Source: Leptonemataceae bacterium
GTDB taxonomy: Bacteria > Spirochaetota > Leptospiria > Leptospirales > Leptonemataceae
NCBI GenBank assembly: GCA_965227295.1
Contig: OZ245742.1
Location: 2,720,001 to 2,784,000 of the forward strand
DNA length: 64,000 nt
Direction: 5' to 3'
Shown: piece by piece, positions 28,028-37,756 of the stretch
How positions within the stretch are numbered: the stretch's first letter is position 1
How the letters are laid out: every line of letters begins with the position of its first letter
Made by a program: the position numbers and the translations under genes
Notes under the pieces: generated by a model
The model's input: only the letters and a program-made list of their open reading frames with translations
Databases searched by the model: none
Told to the model about the DNA's origin: nothing

Positions 28028-28888
28028 ATGACCATCACACTTCATCGTCCGCAAGCTTCTTCCACATCGCTCACACCCGCTGCATCGATCGCGCCCAATC
28101 ATTTCGACGCATCTCCCTGGCGGGACTTCTTAACATACTATCAGAGCAACCTTGACGACCGTCACTATCGCGCGTCCCTGGCGCGGCTCGATCACGAACC
28201 GCCGTCTCGTTCGCTGGACGCATTGCAGCGCCGGCAATTGCTGCGGAGCCTGGCCGTTTTTCAGCTCGGCGAGTCCGGTGAAGGGCGCATTGCCCACGAG
28301 ATCGACGGCGTGAGGTACCGCGGTATGGACGATACGTATCGCCGGTGCCTGAAGTACTTCGTCGCCGAAGAAGGTCGCCACGGCGCCGTGCTCGGCCGCC
28401 TCATCCGCCGGATGCACGGGCCGCTCTTGTCGCGCAACTGGACCGCGGTGCTGTTTACGGCGGCACGGCGATTGATGGGCGTGCGCTTTAAGCTGCTGGT
28501 GCTGTTCGCGGCGGAGGTCGTCAGCATGGTGCCCTACGCGATGCTCGCGCGGCGCGCCGGCCGCGGCCCGGTGCGTACGATCTTGCGCGCGATTGCCCGG
28601 GAAGAACGCGCGCATCTTAAGTTTCACGCGGCTTTCTTTAAGAAAAATGCGCGCGGTCGCGCAGCACGGATGATGACGGCGGCGGTGTTCGCGGCGGTCT
28701 GTGTTGCGGCCTGCGGCGTGGTCTTAATTGATCACCGGCGTACGTTTGCAGTACTGCGCATTCCGCTGCGCCGCGTAACGGGCCTGTATGCGGTAACGAT
28801 TCGCCGCGCGCTGCGGCTGTTGCTCGCAGCGGAGGGGGGACTCAGTAGTCTGCGGCCTGCGGTAACTTTCCGGCGGCCGGCGGCGTAG
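28028..28888 (+). CDS. Ferritin-like domain protein
   Basis: 'FQLGESGEG', 'EEGRH', 'EERAH' ExxH pairs. Confidence 0.8.
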   Translation: MTITLHRPQASSTSLTPAASIAPNHFDASPWRDFLTYYQSNLDDRHYRASLARLDHEPPSRSLDALQRRQLLRSLAVFQLGESGEGRIAHEIDGVRYRGMDDTYRRCLKYFVAEEGRHGAVLGRLIRRMHGPLLSRNWTAVLFTAARRLMGVRFKLLVLFAAEVVSMVPYAMLARRAGRGPVRTILRAIAREERAHLKFHAAFFKKNARGRAARMMTAAVFAAVCVAACGVVLIDHRRTFAVLRIPLRRVTGLYAVTIRRALRLLLAAEGGLSSLRPAVTFRRPAA

Positions 28889-29285
28889 CGCCGTGTTTCT
28901 CGGCGTACTCGGCGTCGTACTTCGAAGCGCACTTGGCTTCGACCTTCGTGGCGATGAGCTTGCCTTCTTTTAAGTGGCCGTCCACGCGGACGGGGGCGCT
29001 GTCGGTGAAGGTGTCGGGGAGCTGGGTTTCGCCCGTGAAGTGGACCGGCAGTTCGCGCCCGTCCTGTTCCACGATGAACTCGGCCTCGTCGCCGTAACGC
29101 AGGACCGACCCGGGTTTCACGAAACCGCGGACCCGCAGTTCGTCGGCGGTGTACTTTCGCGGATTGTCGACCACGGCGGTGGTATCGACGATGACGATGG
29201 AGTCGGCCGAGCTGCCGGTGCCGAAGGCGAGCAGTCCGAGCGAACCGAGGATTACGAGGGCAATGATGAAAAAGCGGGCTTTCAT
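28842..29285 (-). CDS. ccmE: Cytochrome c maturation heme chaperone CcmE (CxxxY variant)
   Basis: N-terminal TM, 'LRVRGFVKPGS', 'LPDTF', 'AKCASKY'. Confidence 0.88.
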   Translation of the reverse strand: MKARFFIIALVILGSLGLLAFGTGSSADSIVIVDTTAVVDNPRKYTADELRVRGFVKPGSVLRYGDEAEFIVEQDGRELPVHFTGETQLPDTFTDSAPVRVDGHLKEGKLIATKVEAKCASKYDAEYAEKHGATPPAAGKLPQAADY

Positions 29286-29402
29286 GTAGAACGTCTCCGG
29301 CGCGGGCGGTATGATGTTGGACGCGCGGTGCAAGATCAGGGTTTCGCGAATTGCGAGGCGCGCAAGTAGAAAATCAGCGCGCGCCCGGCGGCGTCTCATC
29401 TT

Positions 29403-29639
29403 TCAATCGCGCTCCGCGAGCAGCAGAATGGAGCGCACCGGTTCCACGAGTTCGTTGCCGAGGACAGCGACGCGCTCCAGGACACCGCGTGCCACGGGCC
29501 AGTTGATATCCTGCAACCATTCGAGTAACTCCGGCAGAACGGCGATGACCCCGGCATCGCCGACGGTGTGCAGTCGTTCTATAGATGCAAGATCGGATTT
29601 GTGTGCGGGGACAATGATCAACGCTTTGCGTCCTTTCAT
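29403..29639 (-). pseudogene. Probably truncated DUF5071-family protein
   Basis: 'LPELLEWLQDINWPVA' motif but only 78 aa. Confidence 0.55.
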
Positions 29640-29724
29640 TCCAGATACCTCCGCTCACGATCCGCTCCCGAACTGCGGCGCGTTTGCTGTTGACTTCTGA
29701 TCCATCGCACTTGCTCTTGTTATC

Positions 29725-31563
29725 ATGTCCGAACTATCGCGCAAAGATTTTTTGAAGAACGCGGGGAAGGTTGCCGGTGGTGTCATCGGTGCCGGAGCGG
29801 CCGCGGGCTTCGGTTATCCGTTGCTGTTTACCGGTCGTTATCAACAGCAATTCCCTGAGTTGACGGAAAACCAGGTGAACCTCGATCCGAACGGACAGAG
29901 CGTGTTAATTCTCGGCGGCGGCCTCGCGGGACTACAGGCCGGCTGCGAACTGGCCGATCGCGGATTCAAAGTCACCATCCTGGAAAAGAGCGGCGTGCCC
30001 GGCGGCAAGCTGCGCGCCTGGAAGGACCACCAGTTTGCGAAGAAGTACTTCCCCGACGGCTATACGCGCGAACACGGCATGCACGGCATCTGGGGTTTTT
30101 ACAAAAACCTGCGCGAGTTCATGGGCCGGCACAACGTACCCATCAATCGCATGGCTGACGAGCATTCATTCTACACGTTCATCAATCGCGAAGGCCAGTA
30201 CGACATCTTCAACAAGATCCACACCGCCACCTGGCGCCATCCCTTCGATCGCATTCAAATGATGTTAATGCCCGGGCCGCACATCCCGTCGGCCTTCAAT
30301 CCCACGGAGCCGCTGGATACCATGACCTGGGGCAACCTCCGCACCATGATGAAGCTCTGGGGCTTCGACTGGTACAATGATCGCGAGCGGCTTTACCTGG
30401 ATTCCATGAGCTTTCACGAGTGGGCCGTGCGCGGCGGCATGCAGCGCGCTTACATCAAGCACTACTTCGACGCCGTCGCCGAGATGGGTTACTTCATGAC
30501 CGCGAAGGAAGTGAGCGCGCTGGCCATCGCCAACTTCATCAAACTGCCCAGTGTGCCCCGGGACGCCCGCGTGGATTACTTCCGCTGGCCGCCGGACGAA
30601 ACCTTCCTCGTGCCCATGGTCAAACACATCGAAAGCAAGGGCGGCCAGGTCGTCTACATGAGCGAGGCCACCGGCCTTAAAATGGAAAACGGACGCGTCG
30701 CCGGAGTGTATACGAACCAGGGCCTGCCGAAAAACAAAAAGGTGCGGCGTTGTCGCGCGTGCGGCGGCATCATCGAGGGCGATCATCATCACGACCACTG
30801 CCCGTACTGCGGCGCGCACCATGAGATGCTGGAAGTCCTGGACGGCAAGGGCAAGACTCCCGGCTTTTACAGCGCCGATCACGTCGTCGTCGCCATGGAC
30901 GTTCCCGGCGCGCGAAACTTCGTGGCGAACACGCCGTTAAAAGAAACGGACTACTTTCGAAAGATCATGCGACTCAGTACGGCGACGATCCTGTGCGTGA
31001 ACTTACTCTACGAAAACACCGACGCCTGGGAGAACCGCTTTCCGGATCGCAGCAACATGAACGCCATCGATTTTTTTCCCACGGGCATGAAGGTCCTCGG
31101 CTGGACGAACAACTGGTCCTCCATGCAGATCCCGCACTTGCGCGAGAAGCGCGTGGATTTGATCGAGGTCCAGGTCGCCAACTGGCAGCAGTTTGCCGGC
31201 TCGTCCTGGCGCGACATCGCGGAGGCCGTGCACAAGGAACTGAAAACCATCGTCACCAAATTGCCGGAGCCCTCGGATTTTTACGTAAACCGCTGGGACA
31301 ACTACACCGGCTGGCGGCCCGGCGATGAACTGAATCGCCCGGGCGTGCAGTCGCCGGTGGAAAACCTCATGTTCATCGGCGACTGGGTCTTCGTGCCGCA
31401 GCAGTCGGTGTTCATGGAACGCACGAACGTCGCGGCGAAGATGCTCACGAACCTGTTGCTGGACAAGATCGGCCAGAGCCGGGGCAAAATCAAAATCCTG
31501 AAGAGCGGCACGCCGGACTGGCCGGTGGATCTCCTGACTAAGTTCACGAGTGTGAAAGTTTAG
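29725..31563 (+). CDS. FAD-dependent oxidoreductase (amine oxidase/carotenoid desaturase superfamily) with Tat-like leader and rubredoxin-like insert
   Basis: 'SRKDFLK' leader; 'GGGLAGL', 'EHGMHGIW'; 'CRAC...CPYC'; 'IGDW'. Confidence 0.85.
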   Translation: MSELSRKDFLKNAGKVAGGVIGAGAAAGFGYPLLFTGRYQQQFPELTENQVNLDPNGQSVLILGGGLAGLQAGCELADRGFKVTILEKSGVPGGKLRAWKDHQFAKKYFPDGYTREHGMHGIWGFYKNLREFMGRHNVPINRMADEHSFYTFINREGQYDIFNKIHTATWRHPFDRIQMMLMPGPHIPSAFNPTEPLDTMTWGNLRTMMKLWGFDWYNDRERLYLDSMSFHEWAVRGGMQRAYIKHYFDAVAEMGYFMTAKEVSALAIANFIKLPSVPRDARVDYFRWPPDETFLVPMVKHIESKGGQVVYMSEATGLKMENGRVAGVYTNQGLPKNKKVRRCRACGGIIEGDHHHDHCPYCGAHHEMLEVLDGKGKTPGFYSADHVVVAMDVPGARNFVANTPLKETDYFRKIMRLSTATILCVNLLYENTDAWENRFPDRSNMNAIDFFPTGMKVLGWTNNWSSMQIPHLREKRVDLIEVQVANWQQFAGSSWRDIAEAVHKELKTIVTKLPEPSDFYVNRWDNYTGWRPGDELNRPGVQSPVENLMFIGDWVFVPQQSVFMERTNVAAKMLTNLLLDKIGQSRGKIKILKSGTPDWPVDLLTKFTSVKV

Positions 31564-31574
31564 AAAAAGATATG

Positions 31575-31719
31575 ACTCCGAGGACCGAGCAATCGAGGAA
31601 CAAAACGGAGCAGTGGCGGTAGCAGGCCGGCCGGCGGGATATGATCGCACTCATACCTGGAAAGACCATGCGCAAAATCTACTCTTGCTTCTCCCCCTCG
31701 TCCCCTCGGTCCTCGGAGT
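31575..31719. mobile_element. 145-bp MITE-like element with perfect 15-bp terminal inverted repeats
   Basis: ACTCCGAGGACCGAG (31575-31589) / CTCGGTCCTCGGAGT (31705-31719). Confidence 0.5.
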
Positions 31720-31741
31720 AAAAAAAAATCAGAACCACATC

Positions 31742-32524
31742 ATGCAAGATCTCAGCAACGTATATCTCCTCATCACGAAAACCATCGACGGCACGGCCTT
31801 TTTCGTGCAGCTCCTGGTGGCCGCCGCCGTCTATTACCTGGAGTCTTCCGATCGTTTTCACCTGGCATACTCCAAATTTCGCAAGGGCGGCGGTCTGCCC
31901 ACGCGCATCGGCATGCTGATCATCTACGGCCTGCCGTTGCTTACGGCCGTGGTTTGCTACAACGCCATGTTCCGACCGGACAGCGTGTATCACATCGTGC
32001 TCTTCGTGGCCTTCGTGGCTCACTTCGGCAAACGCATCGTAGAGGTTTTGTTCGTGCATCGTTACTCGAAGCCCATGGGTTGGGGCACGGCCTTCGTGAT
32101 CGGCGGACTCTACAGCTACTTTGCGCTTTCGGCGCACTTCCAGCAGAACATGATGCTCTCTCCCTTCGAGGGCGATACGCTGCCGCTGTTTCCGCTCCTG
32201 TTCGGCGGCCTCATCTTTCTCTTCAGCCAGGCGCTGAATCTGTATCATCATTTGCTGTTGCGCAATCTGCGCAAAGCCGGCGAAAGCGGCTACGTTGTAC
32301 CGCAGGGCGGGCTCTTTGCGTACGTCACGTGCCCGCACTACTTCTTCGAGATCCTGGCGTGGATCGGTTACGCGATCATGGCGCGACATTTGAATATCTG
32401 GGGCATCGTGTTTATCATTGCGGCGTATCTTGCTGGACGCGCGCGGCAGACCAGGGAATGGTATCTGGAGAAAGTTCCGGGCTATCCCGAAGAACGTAAG
32501 GCCCTCGTCCCCTTCGCCTTCTAG
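31742..32524 (+). CDS. Steroid 5-alpha-reductase/enoyl-CoA reductase (Steroid_dh) family membrane protein
   Basis: 'HFGKRIVEVLFVHRYS', 'HLLLRNLRK', 'GGLFAYVTCPHYFFEI', 'RKALVPF'. Confidence 0.88.
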   Translation: MQDLSNVYLLITKTIDGTAFFVQLLVAAAVYYLESSDRFHLAYSKFRKGGGLPTRIGMLIIYGLPLLTAVVCYNAMFRPDSVYHIVLFVAFVAHFGKRIVEVLFVHRYSKPMGWGTAFVIGGLYSYFALSAHFQQNMMLSPFEGDTLPLFPLLFGGLIFLFSQALNLYHHLLLRNLRKAGESGYVVPQGGLFAYVTCPHYFFEILAWIGYAIMARHLNIWGIVFIIAAYLAGRARQTREWYLEKVPGYPEERKALVPFAF

Positions 32525-32539
32525 CCAGGACCAACGCTC

Positions 32540-32755
32540 ATGCGATTCAACGGCTCCATCGTCAAACAGTTGCGGGAGGACCGGGAGTGGACGCAGCTCG
32601 AAACGGCGAGGCGTCTCACCGCCACGGGCAAGTTCAAGGGCCGCACACGCCAGCGCATCCACCAGATCGAGTCGGGCAATCATGCCAGCGCCCGCACCAT
32701 CTGCGCCCTGTGCGAGGTCTTCGACGTATCGCCGAACGTGTTCTTCGAAGATTAG
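32540..32755 (+). CDS. XRE-family HTH transcriptional regulator
   Basis: 'LREDREWTQLE...IHQIESG...LCEVFDVS'. Confidence 0.8.
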   Translation: MRFNGSIVKQLREDREWTQLETARRLTATGKFKGRTRQRIHQIESGNHASARTICALCEVFDVSPNVFFED

Positions 32756-32768
32756 TCGATCCGCAATT

Positions 32769-34079
32769 ATGAAACATTCCATTCAGTCCATCATCGTACC
32801 CGCAGTCCTCTTGATCGCGACGTCCCTCGCCGCCGAAACCCGCACGTCCAAAGAGGTCTTCGGCAAATGGCTGGACTGGCAAAAACTGCACAGCGATGTC
32901 AATCTCTCCGATTTCGCCGATGAGCAGGTCAGCATGGACTACGCGCGTCATCTGCACGGCAACGTGCCCGAGGCCGCGCGTCCCCAGATCGCCACGCTGC
33001 TGTCCATCCCCGCGGCCCCGTCGCCGCCGGACGCCGAATACGCGAAGATGCGCAACGCCCTGCGCACTACTATAGAAGAAATCGACGACGACGTGCCCGA
33101 CCTCGTCGATCGCATGCGCAAGCAGGGCTTCGTGCCGCCGGGCCTGGACCAGCGCGAGCGTGAAGGCCCCTTCCGCGATGTAACGACGAAGTACCGCGAG
33201 ACCCTGGCCTGGCTTTTGCAGCCCGGCGACGTGAATACCGCGGTCTTCCGGCGGCGGGCGTTGCGCGTTGCGGCCGCGAATCGTTTTTTCGAGTACTGCT
33301 TCGTCGACCATCACGCGCACTTTCGCCGCCTCGTCGGGAACAAGGCGAATCATCCCATCGGAAGATTTCTCTATGCCAACATGTGGTACAACCTTTCCGG
33401 GGACGGCTGGCGCGTATGGCACACCGATGCCCTGGCGCGATTGCGCGAAGCCTCCGCGGACGGCGACGAGATCGTTTACATCGCCGGCGGCAGCGACATC
33501 TATCAACCGCTGCTGCACGGGGTTCGGAAGCTGACCGTCATCGATCCCATGTTTCCGTCGCAGACGAAGTACTACAGCGAGGGCTGGGAGTTTCTTATTC
33601 GCGGCAAGAGCACGGATACAACCCTCGCCGGCGTGGGGGATCGCATCGTCTTCAGCGAAGAAGAGGTTGCCGGTGGATTGGTGATGATCCGACGTTCGGT
33701 GAGTGCGGAGGGTACGATTCGAACGGGCATCCTCTCCAACGATGCCAGCGAAGAGTATCCCGAGACCGTGACCGTCTGGGACCTGCAGAACGCCGCGGGC
33801 AAACGCATCGGTCGATTTACCCTCGAACGACGCTTCGCAAAACAGGAAGATTTTACGAACCTGAAGCGCCGGCGACTGCTCATTTCGTTCAACGAGCTCG
33901 CTTACGTCGCCGCCGCCGGTGACGACGGCTGGGGCCTGGACGTCGAGGCCTTTCCCGGTAACTTCGAGATCGAGGTCAAGCAACTGCGCCGCCCGGTGTC
34001 GCGCCGTACCATGATTAACATCCGCTCAATGAACACTACGGATTTCTATTACATCAAGCTCGGTACGTCCGTAGACTGA
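32769..34079 (+). CDS. Secreted hypothetical protein
   Basis: Signal peptide MKHSIQSIIVPAVLLIATSLAA; 'YIAGGSD..IDP' is loosely Rossmann-like. Confidence 0.7.
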   Translation: MKHSIQSIIVPAVLLIATSLAAETRTSKEVFGKWLDWQKLHSDVNLSDFADEQVSMDYARHLHGNVPEAARPQIATLLSIPAAPSPPDAEYAKMRNALRTTIEEIDDDVPDLVDRMRKQGFVPPGLDQREREGPFRDVTTKYRETLAWLLQPGDVNTAVFRRRALRVAAANRFFEYCFVDHHAHFRRLVGNKANHPIGRFLYANMWYNLSGDGWRVWHTDALARLREASADGDEIVYIAGGSDIYQPLLHGVRKLTVIDPMFPSQTKYYSEGWEFLIRGKSTDTTLAGVGDRIVFSEEEVAGGLVMIRRSVSAEGTIRTGILSNDASEEYPETVTVWDLQNAAGKRIGRFTLERRFAKQEDFTNLKRRRLLISFNELAYVAAAGDDGWGLDVEAFPGNFEIEVKQLRRPVSRRTMINIRSMNTTDFYYIKLGTSVD

Positions 34080-34088
34080 GGCGCCGGA

Positions 34089-34796
34089 ATGGCCGTCGAT
34101 CCGCGTACGTCTCCTCCGGTCGATCTGCCGCCGGAGTTCCTGCCCCGCCCGGTGTACCGCGGTCGGCCGGTGCGGCGTTGTCCGCGTTGCGCCATGGTGG
34201 AACGTCACTGTCTCTGCGCGGAGATCCGTCCCGCACACACGCACTGTCGGTTGCTGCTTTTTCTGCACCGCCTGGAGCTCAAGCGTACGACGAACACCGG
34301 CCGCCTGCTGCTTCTTGCGTTAAGTAATAGTGAGGTGATGTTAAGGGGCCTGCGTCCGGAATCCGCCGCCCCGCCGGCCGAGGCACCGCGAACATTCTCG
34401 AACGCCTTCGTCCTCTACCCTTACGACGACGCCGAAGAACTGACGCCCGCCACGGCGGCCCGGCTTCTGGGGCAGGGACCGCCGACGTTGATCGTGCCCG
34501 ACGGCAACTGGCGCCAGAGCGCGAAGATCGCAAAGCGCGAACCGATATTGCGCGGCCTGCGCCGGTTCCGCCTCGCCCGCGCGGCCGACGGGCCGTCCAT
34601 CTACACCCTGCGCCGTCGGCATCGCGAGGACGGCCTGTGCACCCTGGAGGCGACGGCCCGGGCCCTCGAGCTGATCGAAAACGCCGCCGGAAGAGACGGC
34701 GGCGGCATCCGCCGGGACCTGGAAGCGTTGTTGCGTACCATGGTGGATCGCACCGAGGACTCGCGCAACGGAACCCGGCCGGCGCGCCGCATGTAA
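34089..34796 (+). CDS. DTW-domain tRNA-uridine aminocarboxypropyltransferase (TapT-like)
   Basis: 'CPRC...CLC', 'TNTGRL', 'PDGNWRQS', 'LCTLEA'. Confidence 0.85.
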   Translation: MAVDPRTSPPVDLPPEFLPRPVYRGRPVRRCPRCAMVERHCLCAEIRPAHTHCRLLLFLHRLELKRTTNTGRLLLLALSNSEVMLRGLRPESAAPPAEAPRTFSNAFVLYPYDDAEELTPATAARLLGQGPPTLIVPDGNWRQSAKIAKREPILRGLRRFRLARAADGPSIYTLRRRHREDGLCTLEATARALELIENAAGRDGGGIRRDLEALLRTMVDRTEDSRNGTRPARRM

Positions 34797-34797
34797 G

Positions 34798-37008
34798 CTA
34801 TGGGCAGGGGGCCTCGTCGATCCATACCGGTCCTGTCGCGGTGACGCCGACGAAGAACGCCGCCGCCCCATCCTGCTCAGCGTGAATTGCCTGCCCCGTC
34901 TTCGGAAGGGTGAGGCTCAAGTACTCCGGTGAGGTCGACACCGCCTCCGTATTTGCCACGGTGGCGTAGATCTTTACAATGATTTCCGTGGGCGTTTCCG
35001 TATGCTCCGGGCGGACGTGAAAATCCAGGCGCTCCCTGCGCCCGCAACTGACAGCCGTGAATTCGCAGCCCCCCGGGCAACGCCGCGCAGTGGGACAGCC
35101 GTTGCCGGCTCCCGGGAGGGCTTTGTAGGAACTCTTACAAATCTGGGCGGGTTCGAGGCCGTGACTGCGCAGGATACCCAGGTCCGTGCGCGCAGGGGGA
35201 TAAGCCGCCATGGCCGCCACGAAGCGAGTGCTGTCCGGAAAGCCCTGCGAAAAACGAATTCGGTGGCGGCGCGGAAGGAACTCGCCGTTCGTGAGGACCA
35301 GTGAAGCCCGATCGATGGCTTCCTCGCTCCAGGCCACTCGCCTGCCGTCGTGTTCGTACGTCCCGGGGCGGACCATGGCAACCAGGGGATGTACCGAGTA
35401 AGCCTTGCCGCTGCCGGCCGAGAATGCCGTGAGAGTGACATCCGGCGAGAGCCAGCGCGAGAGTACGCTGTGCTCGTCCGCGGGAGCGCGATGGGCCGGA
35501 GCCTCGTAGGCGGAGGCGCCCCAGGAAAACAGTGCGAGGGCCAGTGCTGCCAGGCCGCTGAAGCCGACGGCTCCCCCGGCCCAGGCGGCCCGGGCCACGC
35601 GCGGTGATTCCGCCGCCGTGCAGGAACTCCGACCGCCGTCGATGCCGGTCAGGCCGCCCCAGAACGCCGCGGTCAGGTAGAACGTCGGCAATATGTAATC
35701 CACCTCCTGGATCAAGGTGGCCGTGAGAAACGACGCGAGCCCCAGGGCCACGAGCAGGCGCAGGTCCCGTGACTCGCCGGCCTGACCGGCGTTGTGCCAG
35801 GCCGACCGGCCGATCGCCGCGAGCAGCGCGAGACACACGCCGCCGTGAATCAGCCCCAGTTCGGCAAAGAGCTGAAGATACAGATTGTGCGCCGTATCGT
35901 AGAGCACGCCGTCACCGGCGGCACTGCTCTCCACATATTCGCGAATCAACTGAAACCAGGCGGCGTAGCCGTGCCCCGTCCACGGAGCCCGGACGATGAA
36001 CTCTCCGGCCGCGGCCCAGATGCGCAGGCGGGGTTCGGCAAGGCCGAGAACGTACGCCGCCACCAGAGCGACGACTGCCCCACTAATCGTCAGTAAGATG
36101 ATGTTATGCGGACGCAGCAGAAAACCGGCGGCGCCGGTCTCGCTCAGAGCCGGTACGCGCCGCCGCAGGACGTAAACGCCGGCCGTGCCGATCATGAGCG
36201 CCGTCATGATCCAGGCGCCGCGCTGCCCGGTCACCAGCAGGGCGGCGAGTACGGCGAGGGCGGCCACGGCGCGGAGCAGGAGTACCCGGTGGTGTCTCGC
36301 GGAATCATTGTTCGTCAGCAAGGACGCAAACCGGTACAGCACCCAGGCGAAGAGCGGTCCCAGATACGGCCACACCCAGCTCGGATTGCCGATGATCTGG
36401 GACATGCGTCGGCGACCCCAGGCGTTGAACATGAGATTCTCCGGAAGCAACTGCTGCAGGCCGGGCAACTTCACGGCGGCGAAGATCGCGGAGACGTAGC
36501 CGACGAGTACCACTGTTGCGCTCGCGAGGATCAAACTCGTCGCGAGGACCGCGGCGCCGTCGATTCGCCGCCGGACCAGAACAAAGGCCGACATACCGTA
36601 GAGCACCGCCGCGGTGAGCGCGTAATATGTACGCAACGCATAGTGCTGATTCACGCCGGCATGGAGCCGGCATTCCAGTTGCAATACGAACGACTGCAAA
36701 GTGTTACACGGCACCCACTGTTGCGAGGGGATGTGTTGGAGCGCGGATACGGCACGCGGCCCGGTCCACGCGCACAGCACCAGGAGTACGGCCGTACAGA
36801 GTAAGAGTTCACGCCTCGATAGCGCCGCCTGGTTGTGTCGGAGTACACACAACGCCGTGCACATGCAGGCCAGGCCCGCGAGAGTCGTAATGGGGCCCGG
36901 ACCATGCGATGGATTGACCGCGCTTAGCAGATGTTGAAGAAATCCGAGCGAAACGATGAAAATTCCCGCTGTTTTTCGGGAAAACCAGGGGCCTTCGAAG
37001 ACACGCAT
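34798..37008 (-). CDS. O-antigen ligase (Wzy_C)-family membrane protein
   Basis: Many TMs; 'GNPSW', 'TGQRGAW', 'RLRIW', 'AHNLYLQLFAELG'. Confidence 0.8.
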   Translation of the reverse strand: MRVFEGPWFSRKTAGIFIVSLGFLQHLLSAVNPSHGPGPITTLAGLACMCTALCVLRHNQAALSRRELLLCTAVLLVLCAWTGPRAVSALQHIPSQQWVPCNTLQSFVLQLECRLHAGVNQHYALRTYYALTAAVLYGMSAFVLVRRRIDGAAVLATSLILASATVVLVGYVSAIFAAVKLPGLQQLLPENLMFNAWGRRRMSQIIGNPSWVWPYLGPLFAWVLYRFASLLTNNDSARHHRVLLLRAVAALAVLAALLVTGQRGAWIMTALMIGTAGVYVLRRRVPALSETGAAGFLLRPHNIILLTISGAVVALVAAYVLGLAEPRLRIWAAAGEFIVRAPWTGHGYAAWFQLIREYVESSAAGDGVLYDTAHNLYLQLFAELGLIHGGVCLALLAAIGRSAWHNAGQAGESRDLRLLVALGLASFLTATLIQEVDYILPTFYLTAAFWGGLTGIDGGRSSCTAAESPRVARAAWAGGAVGFSGLAALALALFSWGASAYEAPAHRAPADEHSVLSRWLSPDVTLTAFSAGSGKAYSVHPLVAMVRPGTYEHDGRRVAWSEEAIDRASLVLTNGEFLPRRHRIRFSQGFPDSTRFVAAMAAYPPARTDLGILRSHGLEPAQICKSSYKALPGAGNGCPTARRCPGGCEFTAVSCGRRERLDFHVRPEHTETPTEIIVKIYATVANTEAVSTSPEYLSLTLPKTGQAIHAEQDGAAAFFVGVTATGPVWIDEAPCP

Positions 37009-37054
37009 AAAATTATTGATTGATCTATTCCCTCTATTTGCAGATCTTTGTAGT

Positions 37055-37756
37055 ATGGCCACGAAAAAGAAGTCGAAAGCAGCAAAAAAGACGGCAAAGA
37101 AAGCCAAAAAGAAGACAGCGAAGAAATCTTCGAAGAAGACCGCCAAAAAGGCGGCAAAGAAAACCGCGAAAAAATCCACGAAAACCCAAAAGAAATCATC
37201 GAGCAAAAGCAGCGGTTCGTCTTCCAGCAGCTTCGCCGCACCGGCGCGCTCCTCGGAACCGGATGGTGAGTTCGTCTCTCTCTCTTCGTCGCCGTCACCG
37301 TCTTACAGCAGCCCGTCTCCCGCGTACAGCTCTCCGGGAATCTCCGAGGAGGAGAATCAGGGATCGCTGGGACGAGTCGCTCTCCTGGCCGTGCTGGGCG
37401 TCGTCATCGCCGTATTCATCGTAATGACGTTGACCGGCGGTGACAGCGATTCCGTCGCCGACGGTAGCGACGTTGAGAAGAGCGCGGTGCAAGAGCCGGC
37501 ACCGGAGCCCGAGAAGGCAGCCGAAGAAGCCGCCGAGCCGGAGCCGGAAGCCGAAAAAGTTGCGGAACCCGAAGCGACTCCGGAACCCACCCCGGAAGCC
37601 GGCGAGCGTTCTTACACGGTGAAGAGTGGCGACACGCTCTGGGGCGTGGCGCAGAGCCAGTTGGGCGACGGCGGACGTTGGAAGGAAATCATGCAGGCGA
37701 ACAACCTGCAGTCACGGGAACTGAGCGCCGGCCAGGTACTCAAGCTTCCGAAGTAA
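37055..37756 (+). CDS. Histone-H1-like Lys/Ala-rich N-terminus + single TM + LysM domain protein
   Basis: Repeated AAKKT/AKK; TM VALLAVLGVVIAVFIVM; LysM 'YTVKSGDTLWGVA...ANNL..LSAGQVLKLP'. Confidence 0.85.
   Translation: MATKKKSKAAKKTAKKAKKKTAKKSSKKTAKKAAKKTAKKSTKTQKKSSSKSSGSSSSSFAAPARSSEPDGEFVSLSSSPSPSYSSPSPAYSSPGISEEENQGSLGRVALLAVLGVVIAVFIVMTLTGGDSDSVADGSDVEKSAVQEPAPEPEKAAEEAAEPEPEAEKVAEPEATPEPTPEAGERSYTVKSGDTLWGVAQSQLGDGGRWKEIMQANNLQSRELSAGQVLKLPK

Noticed and set aside
37009..37206. Phe/Ala-rich N-terminal extension of the O-antigen ligase ORF
   Set aside because: It is the antisense reading of the Lys-rich tract of the LysM gene
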